A stretch of DNA of 64,000 nt from assembly GCA_013239625.1 (NCBI GenBank), contig MU054212.1:8579084-8643083 (forward strand), written 5' to 3'. Under the pieces are notes generated by a model that had not been told where the DNA came from, did not search any database, and was given only the letters and a program-made list of their open reading frames with translations. Shown one piece after another: positions 11,190 to 24,389 of this stretch (its first letter is position 1; every line of letters starts with the position of its first letter). The position numbers and the translations under genes were made by a program. Source of the stretch: Lama guanicoe. Taxonomy: Eukaryota.

Positions 11190-13430
11190 CTTTTAATATA
11201 GCAGCCTCATTGGGATATAATTCACATACCACACAATTCACCCATTTAAAGTGTGCAATTCAATAGTCTTTGGTGTATTTAGAGTTGTGTAACCATCACC
11301 ACAACCAATTTTGGAACGTTTCATCACCCCAAATAGAAACCCTATACCCATTAGCAATCACCCCCCATTTCCTCCCAACTCTCCAGCCCTCAGTGACCAC
11401 TAACGTATTTTCTGTCTCTATGGATTTGCCTATCTTGAACATTTCATATAAGTGGAATCATATAATGTGTGGTCTTTGTGACTGGTTTCTCCCTCTTACC
11501 ATATTTTCAAGGTTCATCCATGTCATATATAGCATGTATAAATTCTTTCTTTTTATGGTCAAGCAATCTCCCATTAATATGAATTTATCACATTTGATCA
11601 ATCCATTCATTAGTTGATGGGCATTTGGGTTATTTCCACTTTTTGGCTGTTATAAATAATATAGCTGTAAACACTTGTGTGTAAGTTTTAATGTGGACAT
11701 ATGTTCGCATTTTCCCTGGGTACATACTTAGGAGTGGAATTGCTGGGTCATATGGTAACTCTGCGTTTATCTTTTTGAGGAATGGCCAGACTTTTCCAAA
11801 GCAGCTGTAGCACTTAAATTCTCACCAGCAGTGTATGAAAATTCTTGAAAACACTTGTTATAATTTGTCTTTTTGAAAAATTCTAGCCATCCTAGTGAGT
11901 GTGAAGTAGTATCTCATTATGGTTTTGATTTGCATTTCCTCGATGGATCATTAGGGATGTTGACGCCCCTTTTCATCTGCTTATTGCTATTTGTGTATCT
12001 TCTTTGGAGAGATGTCTATTCAGATCCTTCCCTTTAAAATTCCCCTTAAAATTATTTGTCTTTTTGTTATTGAATGGTAAGTGTTCTTTATATATTCTAG
12101 ACTTAAGTCCCTTGTCAGATATATGATTTGCAAATATTTTCTTCTATCCTGTAAGTTGTCTTTTCATTTTTTTTTTTTGGTGGTATCATTTGAAGCACAA
12201 TCATTTTAAATTTTGATTAAGTGTGTTTTATCTTTTGTGGTTGTTGTTTCATATACTTTTGTTGTCATATCTAAGAATGCTTGTTCTAATCCAAGTTCTT
12301 GAAAGTTTATGCCTATATTGTTTTCTAAGAGTTTTATAGTTTTAGCTGTATCAACTAAGTCCAGGGTCCATCTGAGCTAATTTTTATGTGTAGTGTGAGG
12401 GGTCTTTTGCATGTGAGTATGCAGTTGTCTCAGCACCATCTATTTAAAAAACCTATTCTTTCTTCATTTGATTGTCTTGGCACCCTTGCTGAAAATCAAT
12501 TGACTATAAATATGAAAGTTAATTTCTGGGATCTCAGATCTATTTCATTGGTCTGTATGTCTATTCTTATGTCAATACCACACTTTCTTGATACTGTAGC
12601 TTTGTAGCAAATTTAAAATGGGCAAGTGTGAGTTCTCCAACTTTGTTCTTCTTTTTCAAGATTGTTTTGGTTATTCGGGTCCTTTGCATTTCCATATGAA
12701 TTTTAAGATCAGCTTGTCAATTCAGGCCAAAAAGGCCCTCAGGATTTTATGGGATTGTGCTGAATCTGTAGATTAATTAGTAAGTATTGCCATCTGAAAA
12801 ATATTAAATCTTCCAACCCATGGACATGGATTGTCTTCATTTACTTAAGTCTTCCTTAATTTCTTTCAACAATATTTTATAGTTTTTAGTGTTCAAAACT
12901 TGCACTTTAAATTTATTCCTGTTTTATTTTCTGATGCTGTTATAAATGAAATTATTTTCTTAATTTCACTTTTGGATTATGCATTGCAAGTTTATAAAAA
13001 TACATTTAAAAAAACTCATCCCTATCATGATCTGCATTAAGGCCAATCTTGTTTCTTTACTGCATTTTAAGAAGTTTAGAGGAGGTGACCAGTTACTGAT
13101 GTTTTTGTCACACAAGTAATCCATGAATGCATACTCCTCATAAAAGGTTCGAACAATGCAGGAATGTTCGGAGGGAAACACCGTAGCCTCCTCAACTACA
13201 TGCCCCCATCCTTCTTGCTTCCTGCCCCAAGTGCCAAGCACTGTGAACACTGCTTTTTATTCATTCAGTCTATGTGCTAAAAATACATTTTTTAGTATAT
13301 TATATGTCCAATTTATATTTTTGGTATATTGATCTTGCATTCTGCAAACTTGATGACCTTGTTTATTAGTTTTTTTAGTATACTCCTGAGGATTTTCTCT
13401 ATTCAAGATCATGTCGTCTGCAAACATAGT
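11190..13430 (-). mobile_element. L1MB-like LINE-1, 3' end back to the RT core; interrupted at about 13010-13290
   Basis: Antisense L1MB tail (gatataattcacataccacacaattcacccatttaaagtgt); ORF 13257-13448 contains FADDMIL, the L1 RT catalytic motif. Confidence 0.9.
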
Positions 13431-15030
13431 TGAGGAAAGATCACACAAGGTGGTGCATGTGTCTGGCAGTGAGCCCTCGTGTGAACCTGAAATTCATTCT
13501 GACCAGTTTCGTTTATATTTCTGAGAATTTATATAAGCACTTAATTTCTTTTAAGCCATTTAAACAGCTCACCCACAAACCGATCTTGGCAATACCATTT
13601 AGAGGCAGAGATACATCACATTTATAATGTACACACAGACATACACTCACATACATACACACAGGCAGAGATCCCACAGTTTCCTGCTTGAGTTTCAAAT
13701 GGCCTCTTTTTTCCCTTCAGTCTCAGGGATCACAGATGATTAGATAAAAGTCCCTGAGAGCCCAGGCAGGTCATTTACATCTCAAAGGCCCAGGAAGAGA
13801 AATGCAAGTTCCTCCCAGAAAACTAGCTTCCACTAACTGCACGTGCAAAAGCCAGTTTTGCAATGTCAAAAGAGCCCCATCTTGGCCCTTTTTAGGGTGA
13901 GAGTTCCTTCAGTTTCTAAATAGCCAATTCAGTTTAAATCGGTAACAGTAAGAGATAATAACACACATCATTCACTTACATGACAGGCCTCACTTCCAGA
14001 GGGACTTGAATCAGCATCCAAGTTACCAAGGACCCTCTAACGAAGGTCAAAGCCAGGAAGAGAGAATAGGGTTTGGACTAATGTACTGAGACACTCACAC
14101 ACATACACACCCCCCCAAGAAAAAAAACCAAACCAATTCCAAAAAGAATTTACTTTGATGCAATAGCATAAAAGCCCACACATAAGGAAGTTCGTCCCGT
14201 TTTCCTTTCCCTTGTAACAAAACAGTTCTATTTGAGAGACGGTGTAATAATTTAAAGAGCCATGAGGGGCCATTGTTCTCCAGATCCTAAGGAGGACTGA
14301 GGCCAAGCAGTGTTACAATAAAATATCATTTTCTTTCATTCATGGGAGCGTAGCTGGTGATCTCCCAGTTTTGTAAAATACAGCCTAGGGGACTCCAAGA
14401 TGGAACAGAGCTCTGATCAACATTGTTTAATTAGTCACGGCTGGTGTTGTCAAGTATCAAGCAAACATCAAACCAGTGGAATGCAGAACAGTCTCTCAGG
14501 GTTGCAGTTGCCTAGCTCTAAAAAGGGAAGATTCTCAGCCAATACTGTGCCGTAAGCGAAGCCAGTGCAATAGGGAAGAATACGCTGGTGTCATCACATG
14601 CAAGCTCTGCTACCAGAGAATCTCAACCAGCCAGTGCAAGTACTGACATACACACAAAGCTACGACTGACAAATGCAAAAAGAATCAAAGGAGATACAGT
14701 CCGAAATTCCACTCCCACTCCCAGACAGAGGCATCCAAACACATTTCCTGAAAGGGCATGAACTCAGATGGAAGGGGAAGAACTCCCAGCCCGCACAAGC
14801 CGGAGCAACTCACACCAAAAACAAAAGCCAAAGTGGACCCTCAGTCAGGACATTTCTCAGCTCCAAACTGCTTTGTGCTGAGGCAGCTGGTGCCTGTCAA
14901 GGAGTGACCCTCCAGGTTCCCCAGAACACAATGAGCTCTGGCAGCTGCTGGGGGTTCAGGGAAGGGGCTGCCCCCCAGCCAGGGCTGACCTGCCATGGGC
15001 ACAGGCTCCTGGCTGTCTCACCAAAATTAT

Positions 15031-15584
15031 TGTCAAAAGCAAGTTCGCGTGCCTGACACACAGTGAGGTCAAACAAACCAAAACATCAGAGTCTGGAGCA
15101 GAGCAAGGCTTACCTCAAGGGCCAATCCAGGAGAATGGGTGGCTGGAACTCAAAAGACCTGAACTTCATGATGGTTTGAGGGGAAGAGGTTTAAAAGGCA
15201 AATTTGGGGTGTGTGACTTCCTTCTGATTAGGTGGTGGTGAGGTAACAGGGTGGTGTTTCAGAAATCTTGTCCTCAGCCTGAAGTTATCACCCTCCACCT
15301 GAGGGGTGCGGTGGGGCTTAGCTCCTGTAGGAGAACTCAAAGATACATTGTTATGTATCTTCCTTGAGGACAAATTAGGACTCTGCCCATCACTGAACTG
15401 TTGTTTGACTGCCTTGCCTTTGTTTCTGTGTTCTCTCACTTTCAGGATTAGTGACTGTTTGAATCTATCCTTTGGAACTCAGGGGAGGTCTAGGAGGCTG
15501 AAGATTTTTTCCTACAAACAAGAAATGTGGGACACGGGAAAGTTCTTCTACCTGGAGGGCCACACAGGGTCTTGCTCGGTTTCA
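15031..15584 (-). mobile_element. Solo ERV1-type LTR
   Basis: TG...CA termini (tgtcaaaagc...ctcggtttca), about 550 bp, homologous to 16517-17117. Confidence 0.75.
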
Positions 15585-16516
15585 CTGCCAGAGCTGGGGG
15601 CCCCTCTCCCCCGCAGAGTCAGTCCTCTGAAGGCTGTCCCTGCCTGGCTGGGTTCCTAAGAGGCGAGTGTCATGGATGCCACCCTGTCTGAACCAGTTTA
15701 CTCTAAGAGCCCCTGAACCCCTCCTTCAGCCCCATCATGCGCCCCTGGCTCCAGCTTCTTCTCCCAGGCAGAAAGCAACCCCAGACCCAGAATGTGCCCA
15801 CCCCTAAGGCGTCTCCAAAATAGAGAAGAAGGGAAGTGGGGTTTTTCACAGTCCTGCATTCCTTCTTCCCAAGGTTGGCATCCACTTGTGAGTCCTGGAG
15901 AATGGATTCTTTGAGGAGGGGGGCAGGAAAAATATGGGGAGAACAACCCATCTTAGCATAGGGTCCTTCAAAGCAAATTCTAAATGACTCCATATAAGTA
16001 AAAGTAAAAAGAGATGGATAAAAGCTAACTTCATATTAAACATCTTAATATCCAGAAACTCTGCACCTATACGTATTATGCACCTGCAAAGCAGTTTCCA
16101 AAGACTCAGCACATTTTAATTGCTTGCCCGCGTGGGCTGGGCCGTGGTTCTGGAGCAGGGACCATGGCCTCATACTGGGGTGCCCACAGTTCAGCAGCAG
16201 AGATGAGGTGAGCCGTGCCGGCGGGTTTGCCTGCTCCTGACAAGAGTCCACCTTGAACCAGGCAGTTCTTGGGTTGTTCTGTGGGTTTGCGGGCTTTCAA
16301 GTGCACAGTCTCCTCTTAGTCGAGGGCACTAGGGTACTTGTGGTTCTTGGACACGGCTTGGGTGCCCTGGCTGCTCCCAGAGGGGCCCAGGCCTTGGCGG
16401 GGACAAAGGCCCTGCTACCTCTGAGAAGCTGATGGCTTCACTCAGCACCAAGCCAGCCAGGCTCACCACCAAGCTCTGCTCCAGCTGCCTGGTACCCAGT
16501 GCCCTCCACACACACA

Positions 16517-17117
16517 TGTTATCGAACCCAAGTTCATGTGCCCAATGCACAGTGAGGCTAAACAAACAAAATGTTGGCGTTTGGAGCAGAGAAATATTCC
16601 TTGATCAAGAGGACACCAAGCCAGAAGATGGGAGATGTAGGTTTGTCTCAGGTCCATCTTACGGGCTGGCTGGGGCTTAAGACTTTTTAAAGCAACATTT
16701 GGGGTGAGGGTTGCAGGGGGCATGACTTTCTTCTCATTGGCTGGTGGTGGGGTGACAGGGTGACATTTCAGGACTCTGAATCATCAACCTTCTGATTCCC
16801 CCCAGGCTGAGGTCCACAGTGCCGGTGCTCAGTGTGTATCCACCATCTTCCACTTTAGTTCCCGAAGGACAACTCGAAGAGTGTGTCAGACTGTCATGCA
16901 TGTCCCTTAAGGAGGAACTCGGACTCTGTTTGATCGATGAACTGCTATTTCTTGACTGCTTTTCCTTTGATTCTGCATTCCCTCCCTTCCCTAACTAGTA
17001 TCTGCTTGAATTTCCTCTTTGGAACTCAGAGAAGGTCCAGGAGACTAAAACCTTTTTCCTACAAACAAACAGAGGGGCTTTTGTACCCAGGAGGGCCCGC
17101 AGGGTACACAGGTTTCC
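16517..17117 (-). mobile_element. Solo ERV1-type LTR related to 15031-15584
   Basis: Shared blocks caagttc..gtgcc...cacagtgagg..aaacaaac, tttggaactcag, tttttcctacaaacaa. Confidence 0.75.
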
Positions 17118-18268
17118 CCGACAGTCACCTCCTCACCTCCTTCCCGCCCTGGGCAGCACGAGGGTCAGCGGTCAGCCTTGGCAGGTCGCTTCCCCGAGTC
17201 AGGCGCTGTGCCTGCCTCCTTCTGAGTGGGGTCGACTTCAGTCCTTGAGTCAGGGCATCACACCCTCCTGCTCACCGGAGCCCAAAGGTAAGTCCCGACT
17301 CCTCTGGAGCACTGTAACCAGAAGGCCAGGGAAGGAAACTCCTGGCACGGGGAGGCCCGGGATCCAGAGCCCTGCCGGGTCATGTCACGCCCGCCTTATG
17401 CGCTGCTCAGCCCGTCCCAGGAGGCACAGCGGCCCATGTGCAGATCCTGCCCCAGAAGATGCCCCAGATCCCCTCCAGCCCGCTGCCTCTCCGACACCAG
17501 GTAATCACGCCAGCTGCACTCCAATTATAATATCTTGAGAGATATTATTCTCTTAAGTTGAAAAAATAACACTATTATGAGCAGAGCCTGCTGGAAGAAG
17601 GGCTGAGAGCATTCAGAAGATGCATCGCTGTTAGTCGGTTTTATGGCACATTTGCATTTAAATAGATTCTTTAACTCTTTCTCTGAACTTCACAAGAAGA
17701 TAGCCTTAAAAGTGCTGACTCACAGGGAGGCACGTGCTTAATTTTCACTTTAATTCAAACACTGATACGTTGTCTGATTTTAGCCATTCCAGCTCAAATG
17801 ACATTTTCAAATGCAGGTTTTAAATTAGTATTCCTTTGTTCTTTTTGGTTAAAAATCACAGTTCTTGGACCTATGTTATGGGAAAGATGCTGGTCCCACA
17901 GGCTGGCCTGGCTGGCCCTGGTCTGAACTCTTCTTATGAGTTGCCCAGTCGTGTCTCCTGCAATCCACTGCCTCCCTCAGCCAGAACAAGGCTCCCCAAC
18001 ATCAGGGAGCCATGCATCTTGCAGGAGAGCTCCCCGGGAAAGGGCTCTTTGTACCAAGAACCCGTCCTAGCATCAGCCAGTGGTGTGTCAGAACGGGCTT
18101 GTCCCACGTCTCAAGAGCCGATTATTGCATTTCCAGGAATTTTGCAAGCTAGTTCTTCCACGGTCATTATTAAAACTTAAATTAGGTAAACTTATAAGTA
18201 AACAAATTATCCTAAAAATGCAGTTGAAGAAGACAAAACTCATCGCTTCATTATTGTTGTATTACTGT

Positions 18269-18852
18269 TGAAACAGAGGGTAATCATCAGTTAGATCCAT
18301 TACACCTGTAAGCTGCCTTCACTGATCAAGCGCACTTTGTTTTTACAAGACCTTGCATGTTCTCCAAGCCTCGCCTGGCCTAAACAATGAGATGTTTGTC
18401 CAAGCTGTAGTTTCAGAAACTTGGACTCAGCTGTGTCCAGTCTGAGCTCCAGCTGGTGAAGCCTAAGACCAGCGACCCTTCATCTGGGCCTGTGCGAGTG
18501 TCCTCGATGACCTTTTGACGCCACGGGGCCCAAAACTGCCCCCTCAGAGGATGCTGACGCCACTATTTTCTGAGCACAGGTCTCATACAGATGCCTGTTG
18601 CTCAGTTGCCCCTGCACAGAAGGACGATTCTCTCATCTTTTTCTTATCTCCAATGACCTTTCCTCCCACTCCCCACACCTTAGCTTTATCCCAGAAATAT
18701 CGAGAGCCCTTCACCTGCGTGGAGGTGGATTTGAGATTTGTTCTCCAGCCTCCTCACTTGGCTGCCTCACGATAAGCCCTTTCTCTGCTGCAAACCTCGG
18801 TGTCTCAGCTTGGCTTGCTGCACATTCAGCCGACAAAGCTGGTTCAGTAACG
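18269..18852 (+). mobile_element. Solo ERV1-type LTR
   Basis: Starts tgaaacag; U5-like end (ctttctctgctgcaaacctcggtgtctcag...ggttcagtaac). Confidence 0.65.
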
Positions 18853-18889
18853 CAATGTCCCTGAGGTCATTCACACATGGAATTTGTAT

Positions 18890-19373
18890 TTTATGGCAAG
18901 ACAAGAAAAATTCAAACAAAATTTTGCTCTGGCTGTTTGGGCCTCCTTCCTCCCCTTTAGTATGTATTGGGCATCTGCAGTAACCAGCCCTCCTTAAGGG
19001 ATAACCTTTCTTCTTAATCTTTTTTTTTAAATAATGGAGGTACTGGGCTGGAACTCAGGACCTCATGCATGCTAAGCACGTGCTCTCCCACTGAGCTATA
19101 CCCTCCCCCCTGCGTCTTAATCTTGAAAGGAGTCATGATGACCCACTGCTTACTTTGTACATGCAGATCTGGACTGTGTAAACTGTCATTACGTCACTTG
19201 ACGTATGACCCTTTGTCTCAAAATCTTATATAGTTGTGCTTTGTCCTCTAATGGGCAGAACGGTCCTCAGAGCTTTCTGAAAGGCTGACTCCCGGGTTAT
19301 AATCCTGAGGTTGGCTTGAATAAAATTTTCTCTTTCTTTCCTAGATTGACTATTGATTAATTTTTTCAGCAAT
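18890..19373 (+). mobile_element. ERV1-type LTR (MER39/MER34-group-like) carrying a SINE
   Basis: cagagctttctgaaaggctgactcccgggttataatcct...gaataaaattttc near the end; 5' boundary uncertain. Confidence 0.6.
19021..19110 (-). mobile_element. tRNA-Ala-derived SINE (short form)
   Basis: Reverse complement ggggagggtatagctcagtgggagagcacgtgcttagcatgcatgaggtcctgagttcc...gtacctcca + A tail; TSD tcttaatctt at 19012-19021 and 19115-19124. Confidence 0.9.
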
Positions 19374-20206
19374 AGGTGGGAGGACTATGTAATGGTGTTT
19401 AGTAAGGTTGTGCTCGTGCTTGAAATTGGTGGGGTCATCTACAAACCTGTCCCCTTTTTTTTCCCCAAAGAGCTGATTGTTAATCGGTACCAGCACACCA
19501 CTGATAACCGGGCCACCTGGAGGAACTGTGGGCCTCCTTCCTGCCTTGTCTGTCAGCGCCGGGCAGGACAGCGGGCGGGCAGACTCCTAGAAGGGCGACT
19601 GTCAGCCCTTCAGAGGTTGCTGGGGCCAGCACCAAAGGCCTACTTGGTGTTTCTACTGACGAGCCCAAAGTAGCAAAGGAAAGCAGCTGAGGGAGCCGGC
19701 TGAGGTCTGTCCTGCTGCCTGTGTACTCCCTCCCTCTCTCGGCTCTGGGAAAACTCCCCAAAGGGACCTCCACCCCTTCCTCTCCCTCAGCCCTAGACCC
19801 ACTGCACCTGGGAGAAGTGTGGGGCCTCAGGCCCAGCATCCTGAGGACACCGCAAGATTCCCGCCTCTCACCTGGGTGGCGGGGAGCAGCATCTCACTGC
19901 TTTCTCAGCCTTCAGCCCTGCTCGACCTGCCAGACCTTCACTTCACGGAACTCATGATGACCCTCCACTCCTCTAGGACCTACGCTGGCTCCCTACTGCT
20001 TGCCACAACCCTCGCCAACTCCCCTCTCAGGGCCCCACACTACTCCAAAGTCCAGTCACCACTCCTTATAATGAGACTCAGAGAGGGAGCAAGTGACAAA
20101 CATCTTTGTGCATGTTAGTTGGTTAAAAAAAAGAAGGGGGGACATTTGCCTACTCTGACATCACCAAGGCAAAGTATCTTCTTTATCAAAAAGAAAATCA
20201 CTTAGC

Positions 20207-20363
20207 GGGGGGAGGGTGCAGCTCAGTGACAGAGTGTGTGCTTAGAATGCACGAGATCCTGGATTCAATCCCCAGTACCTCCACTAATAAATACATGAAT
20301 AAACAAACCTAATTACCTACCTCCCAATTTTTTTTTAAAGTTAAAAAGCCAAAAAAAAAAAAA
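20207..20363 (+). mobile_element. tRNA-Ala-derived SINE (long form)
   Basis: gggggagggtgcagctcagtg...tggattcaatccccagtacctcc...acctaattacct + A tail. Confidence 0.9.
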
Positions 20364-21061
20364 GGAGAGAAATTTCTCAAAAAAATTTTTTTTGAATGGT
20401 TCGGATGCCAATTCCCTGAGCTTTTTGCCCCATGGCTTCCTGTCCTCCAATGTTGCTGTCACAGCCCTGTGGCTCCCACCCACACCTTATCCAGGGCATA
20501 AAAGGCCCAAGATTTGGTATGGGTTGGGGGGGTCCCCATTCACTTCAGGTATAGAGAGGGGCTCCAGCAGGGTGCTTGAAGAGCTTGATTCGTGTTCTGT
20601 GGTTTGGGGGCACAATGGTTTGGGGGTACGTGATGCTGCCTGGAAAATGCAGGGCAAGAGGCTGGTGGGCCCACGGCTTTCAGCACAGAGCAAAACAGAG
20701 GTGGGGGATGGGACTCTGGCCCCTCCGGCTGATGCCAGAGCAGAGTGAACTGAGTTTTAAAGGTGGGTGGCACTCAGAAAAGACTGGAAGATCAGGGAAG
20801 GCATTCTAGGCAGGAGGAGCAGAGCATAAGTGCAAAGGCTACAGCAGAAACGGCACGTTCCACCCTCAGGGGTGCCAGCAGCCTGGCTGAGTGCAGAGGC
20901 ATCTTTCCAGCAACTGTGAGAGGCAATGGAGAAGGCACCTGGGGCCCTGCCTCCCTGACCGCTCACCCTCCTGCTTGGTCTCCTGCCAGCCTCTTCAGGG
21001 CTACTTTTGAAACAAGAGGGAAGAGGGCAGGGCACAGCCATTAAAGGAATGACACAGCAAC

Positions 21062-21420
21062 TGAGGACAGGACAAATTGGTTAGAACCAAGATGGCAGAA
21101 GATTTGACTTCGGGTAGACCTTGAGCCTCATGGCGCACCCACAGGTGCCATGACAGTTCCCAGGTTGACCATAAAAGATCAAAGGGAGGGCGGGACCCAA
21201 TTCATGGAAATCCCCACCCCCTCTCCAAAGTAGTTGGAATAATCCTCCTACTCATTAGCATATGAAATTACCAAACCCATAAAACCTAACAACCCCACAC
21301 CTTGTGGTTGCTCTCTCTCTTGCCTTCTGAGCAGCCGTCTACAGAGTGTGCCTCTCTCTAAATACACTTGCTTTCACTTTACTACACCTTGCTCTTGCAT
21401 TCTTTCCTGTGCAAGGCAAA
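21062..21420 (+). mobile_element. MER41-like ERV1 LTR (3'-truncated)
   Basis: Collinear MER41 hallmarks aaccaagatggc, gccatgacagtt, gaataatcc...ttagcatat, cttgctttcacttta...ttctttcctg. Confidence 0.7.
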
Positions 21421-21549
21421 TATTCTCCGACAATATTTGTCTCGCTGCATCCCCTAATCTCTCCAGATTTTAATGCCCTCTCCGTTCATACCCCATCCCC
21501 AGACTCCTCCTCTAGCCCTGCCTCCTTCAAAGCTCCACTTACTCATCCA

Positions 21550-22960
21550 ATCAACTTCTCAAATCCAACACACCCAGCTCTGACCTCCTGATTTCCCCCT
21601 CAAAACCCATTCTCCTGTTATCCTCCTCTCTGTGAATAACATCACCATTGTAGGGGTTCTGAACGAGCCTTCCCCAAATGCACCATTTTTCATGAGGATT
21701 ATTTTGAGCTGAAGGCAACTGAGACCCTGTGGGCTCAAGGGAAACTACTGCTCCTCCCTTAACCACCTGGAAGAATTTAAATTGGGGATTTTTTTTCCCA
21801 GAAAAAGAGTTATTATCAGAGATAAATTTTAGCTAAGTGACCCCATCTATTTGGCAGGGTAGACCCCTAATTACCAAACATCTACTTTTCTTCTCATTGT
21901 CCTGAGAATGACCCTCCTGTCCTTGGAAGCCCCAGGCCCCTGTCCCCTTCCTTAGCTCAGGATGGGACATACACCTAATTTTACCCTTTTGTCTCCGACC
22001 CTCTCATGCATATGGTGTTCCCATATGTATGAAATTAAATTAATTTTCTCCTGTTACTCTGCCTCATGTCAATTTTATTCTTAGACCAGCCAGAAGAACC
22101 TTAGAAGGGTAGAGGAAAGTTTTCTCCTCCCAACACCATCCCCCCAGCCAGAAGTCAGGGGCCATCCTTAAGTCTCCTCTGTCCACATCCAACTTATGTC
22201 CCCACACCTGGCTGACTTTTCTTCCAGGGATCACTCATCTCCAGTCATTTCTCAACATCTCTAACTCACTACCCACCCCACCCCCCGCCCTCACCCTCAC
22301 CCCCAGCAAACAGCCACCATCATCTCTTGTCCAGACAACTGGCCTCTCGCTGCCCTCTTTGTCCTTCACGCCCAATGATTTATTCTTTACATAGCAACTA
22401 GAGCAATTTTTCTGAAAATGTAGATCAAATCTTATTACTTCATGGCTTAAACCCTCCAATTGCTTTCCATAGCATCCAGAATTAAAGTAGAAGCTCTTTA
22501 CCCTGTCCTAGAGGGCCCTCTGTCTGGTTCCTTCTTATGCTCCAGGCCCATTGCGTGTCCTTACCATGGCACACCTCTCCTGACTTGAGATTTTGCATAC
22601 ACTGGTTTTCCCTTCTGAAATGCTCTTCCCCAGTTCTCACCCTTTGGGGCTCAGCTTAAATCTCTCCTCCTTGGGGACCCCTTCCCTGATCCCTCCCCAC
22701 CTCCCTTCACCAATGTTTCTTCCCTCCCCCCCTCTCCTTTAGCACTTGGTTTCTTCATAGCATTTTCTGTTTAGGCTGCTTATTCAGTCCTACATGGATC
22801 TGATTGCTGGTCCTGAGAGCTGTCCTAGGTGCTGGAGATGCAGCCGTGAACAACCCAGCCTCCCGCTCAGCTGACCGTCCACTCAAGACAGAAACTGCGT
22901 CTGTCCTGCTGCTCGCAGGCCTGGCACAGAGAAGGGGTACAATAAACACTTGTTAAAAGA
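21550..22960 (+). mobile_element. LINE-2 fragments split by the 21649-22135 LTR
   Basis: Pyrimidine-rich L2 motifs on both sides (ctcctgatttccccc; ttaaaccctccaattgctttcc; gcctggcacagag...aataaacacttgtt). Confidence 0.65.
21649..22135 (+). mobile_element. Complete solo LTR, MER34-like (ERV1)
   Basis: tgtaggggttc...ctcccaaca with a perfect 4-bp TSD ccat (21645-21648 and 22136-22139). Confidence 0.85.
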
Positions 22961-23184
22961 ATTTGTTGTTACATTAATGGGTTTGTGAAGGGAGAAGGCT
23001 TGAACTGATTAAACAGCGTCTTAGCTGTAAAGTCTCATTGAAATGATATTTGCAAATCAAATAAACCAACCGGCATATACCAGAAGGCATTTGGGAGCCC
23101 AGAGCAAGTCCTTTTTTGGAGCAGAGAGTTCTTTTGTGATGTAAATGACCCGTCGCTTCCTCCTATCTCTGTGTTCTTGTTTAG

Positions 23185-23305
23185 GAGCTCTCCCTGGGCT
23201 TCTGAAGCCTCTAAAATTATATGTAAAATATCTGTACGTGTGCGTTTTTCTGAGGCGTTCATATCTTCCCTTAGATTCCTGAAGGATCGATTACTCCAAA
23301 AAGAC
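23185..23305. mobile_element. hAT-Charlie MITE fragment (MER103-like)
   Basis: aaattatatgtaaaat...gtgtgcgtttttctg...agattcctgaagg...ccaaaaag. Confidence 0.5.
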
Positions 23306-24389
23306 CAGGACACGTGGCCCTGGCCCGTGCCTATTTCTCAAGACTGTGCTGATGCTCCTTTCCTGCTGAATCAATTGCACTGATAATTGTTTATTTTTAG
23401 AAAACAGCTCTTTATTAGCCACAAAGTTTCATCTAGCCATCATTAAGTGAATCCCCAGCTCCACACACTTGGTGAAAACCCTTATTTGTAAAGCATAAAC
23501 GTACTACACTCTATTACTAAGATGGAAAAAAATATTTTCACCATGCTTCAAAGAGACTGAAAGCAACAAGTCTCATAAAAATATGAAACGCTAGAAAAGT
23601 TACTCCAAAGCAGGGGAGCCCTTGGAAATTTCCTAGTAAAGAAAAAAGAACACGCTCTGTTTCAAGCTGCCTCCGCGTCTCAGAGTGAACTTTAAGATGA
23701 AGAATTTCTTCCCCCAAGATTAACATCGTTAATGCCAGAGGGAATTTTTTGAAGTCACAGCCCCTTCAACAACATCCCTTAGAGAGAACCCTGCGTTCCA
23801 GCTCTCTGCCTCCAGGAGTCAAATCCCACCCCTACGTTCTGCCAGCAACTCAGGTGCCACAGGCGGAGTCATCCTTTCGTTCCTGCTGCCCACTTCCCAC
23901 TCACCGCCTGGGTCAGTGCAGGGCCTTTTCCTTCTTCTCTTGAATCAAAGGCAAGCCACCTCCCTGCCCTCACCCAGGGCCCAGTCTTGACTCCAGAGCT
24001 GCCACCCGAATTGTGCCCTCGAGACCCCCCGCCCCGACCCCACCAGCCAACATGCCCAGCTAGGAGATTCCCGAAGAATGGAAGTGCCTTGTCCATGGAT
24101 AGCATGGGCTCACTCAAAGGTGGAAGCAGAGGATGTGGGGAGGAGAGACAGCTCTCTACAACTGTGCTCAGGGCTGCCCTCCTACCTCCCTGCTTTGTGA
24201 TCCTTGATAAGGTTTACGACCTTTTCAAGAGCTTTCTAAAGCTTTCCTCCTGTGTCTGCAGGCTTTGAGGACAACTGCCCTGACGTCTTTCTGGCGTGGT
24301 GCCTAGGGAGGGTCTGAATAAGCTGGGGCATTTTTTCAAGGTTAAAGGAGGTTAGACTTTAGGAGTTTTAACGTTTTGTGTTTCCTTTT

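Noticed and set aside
19021..19110. tRNA-Ala(AGC) gene (also the five other copies)
   Set aside because: Extra 5' G-run, damaged stems or B box, A-tails and TSDs show these are SINE copies.
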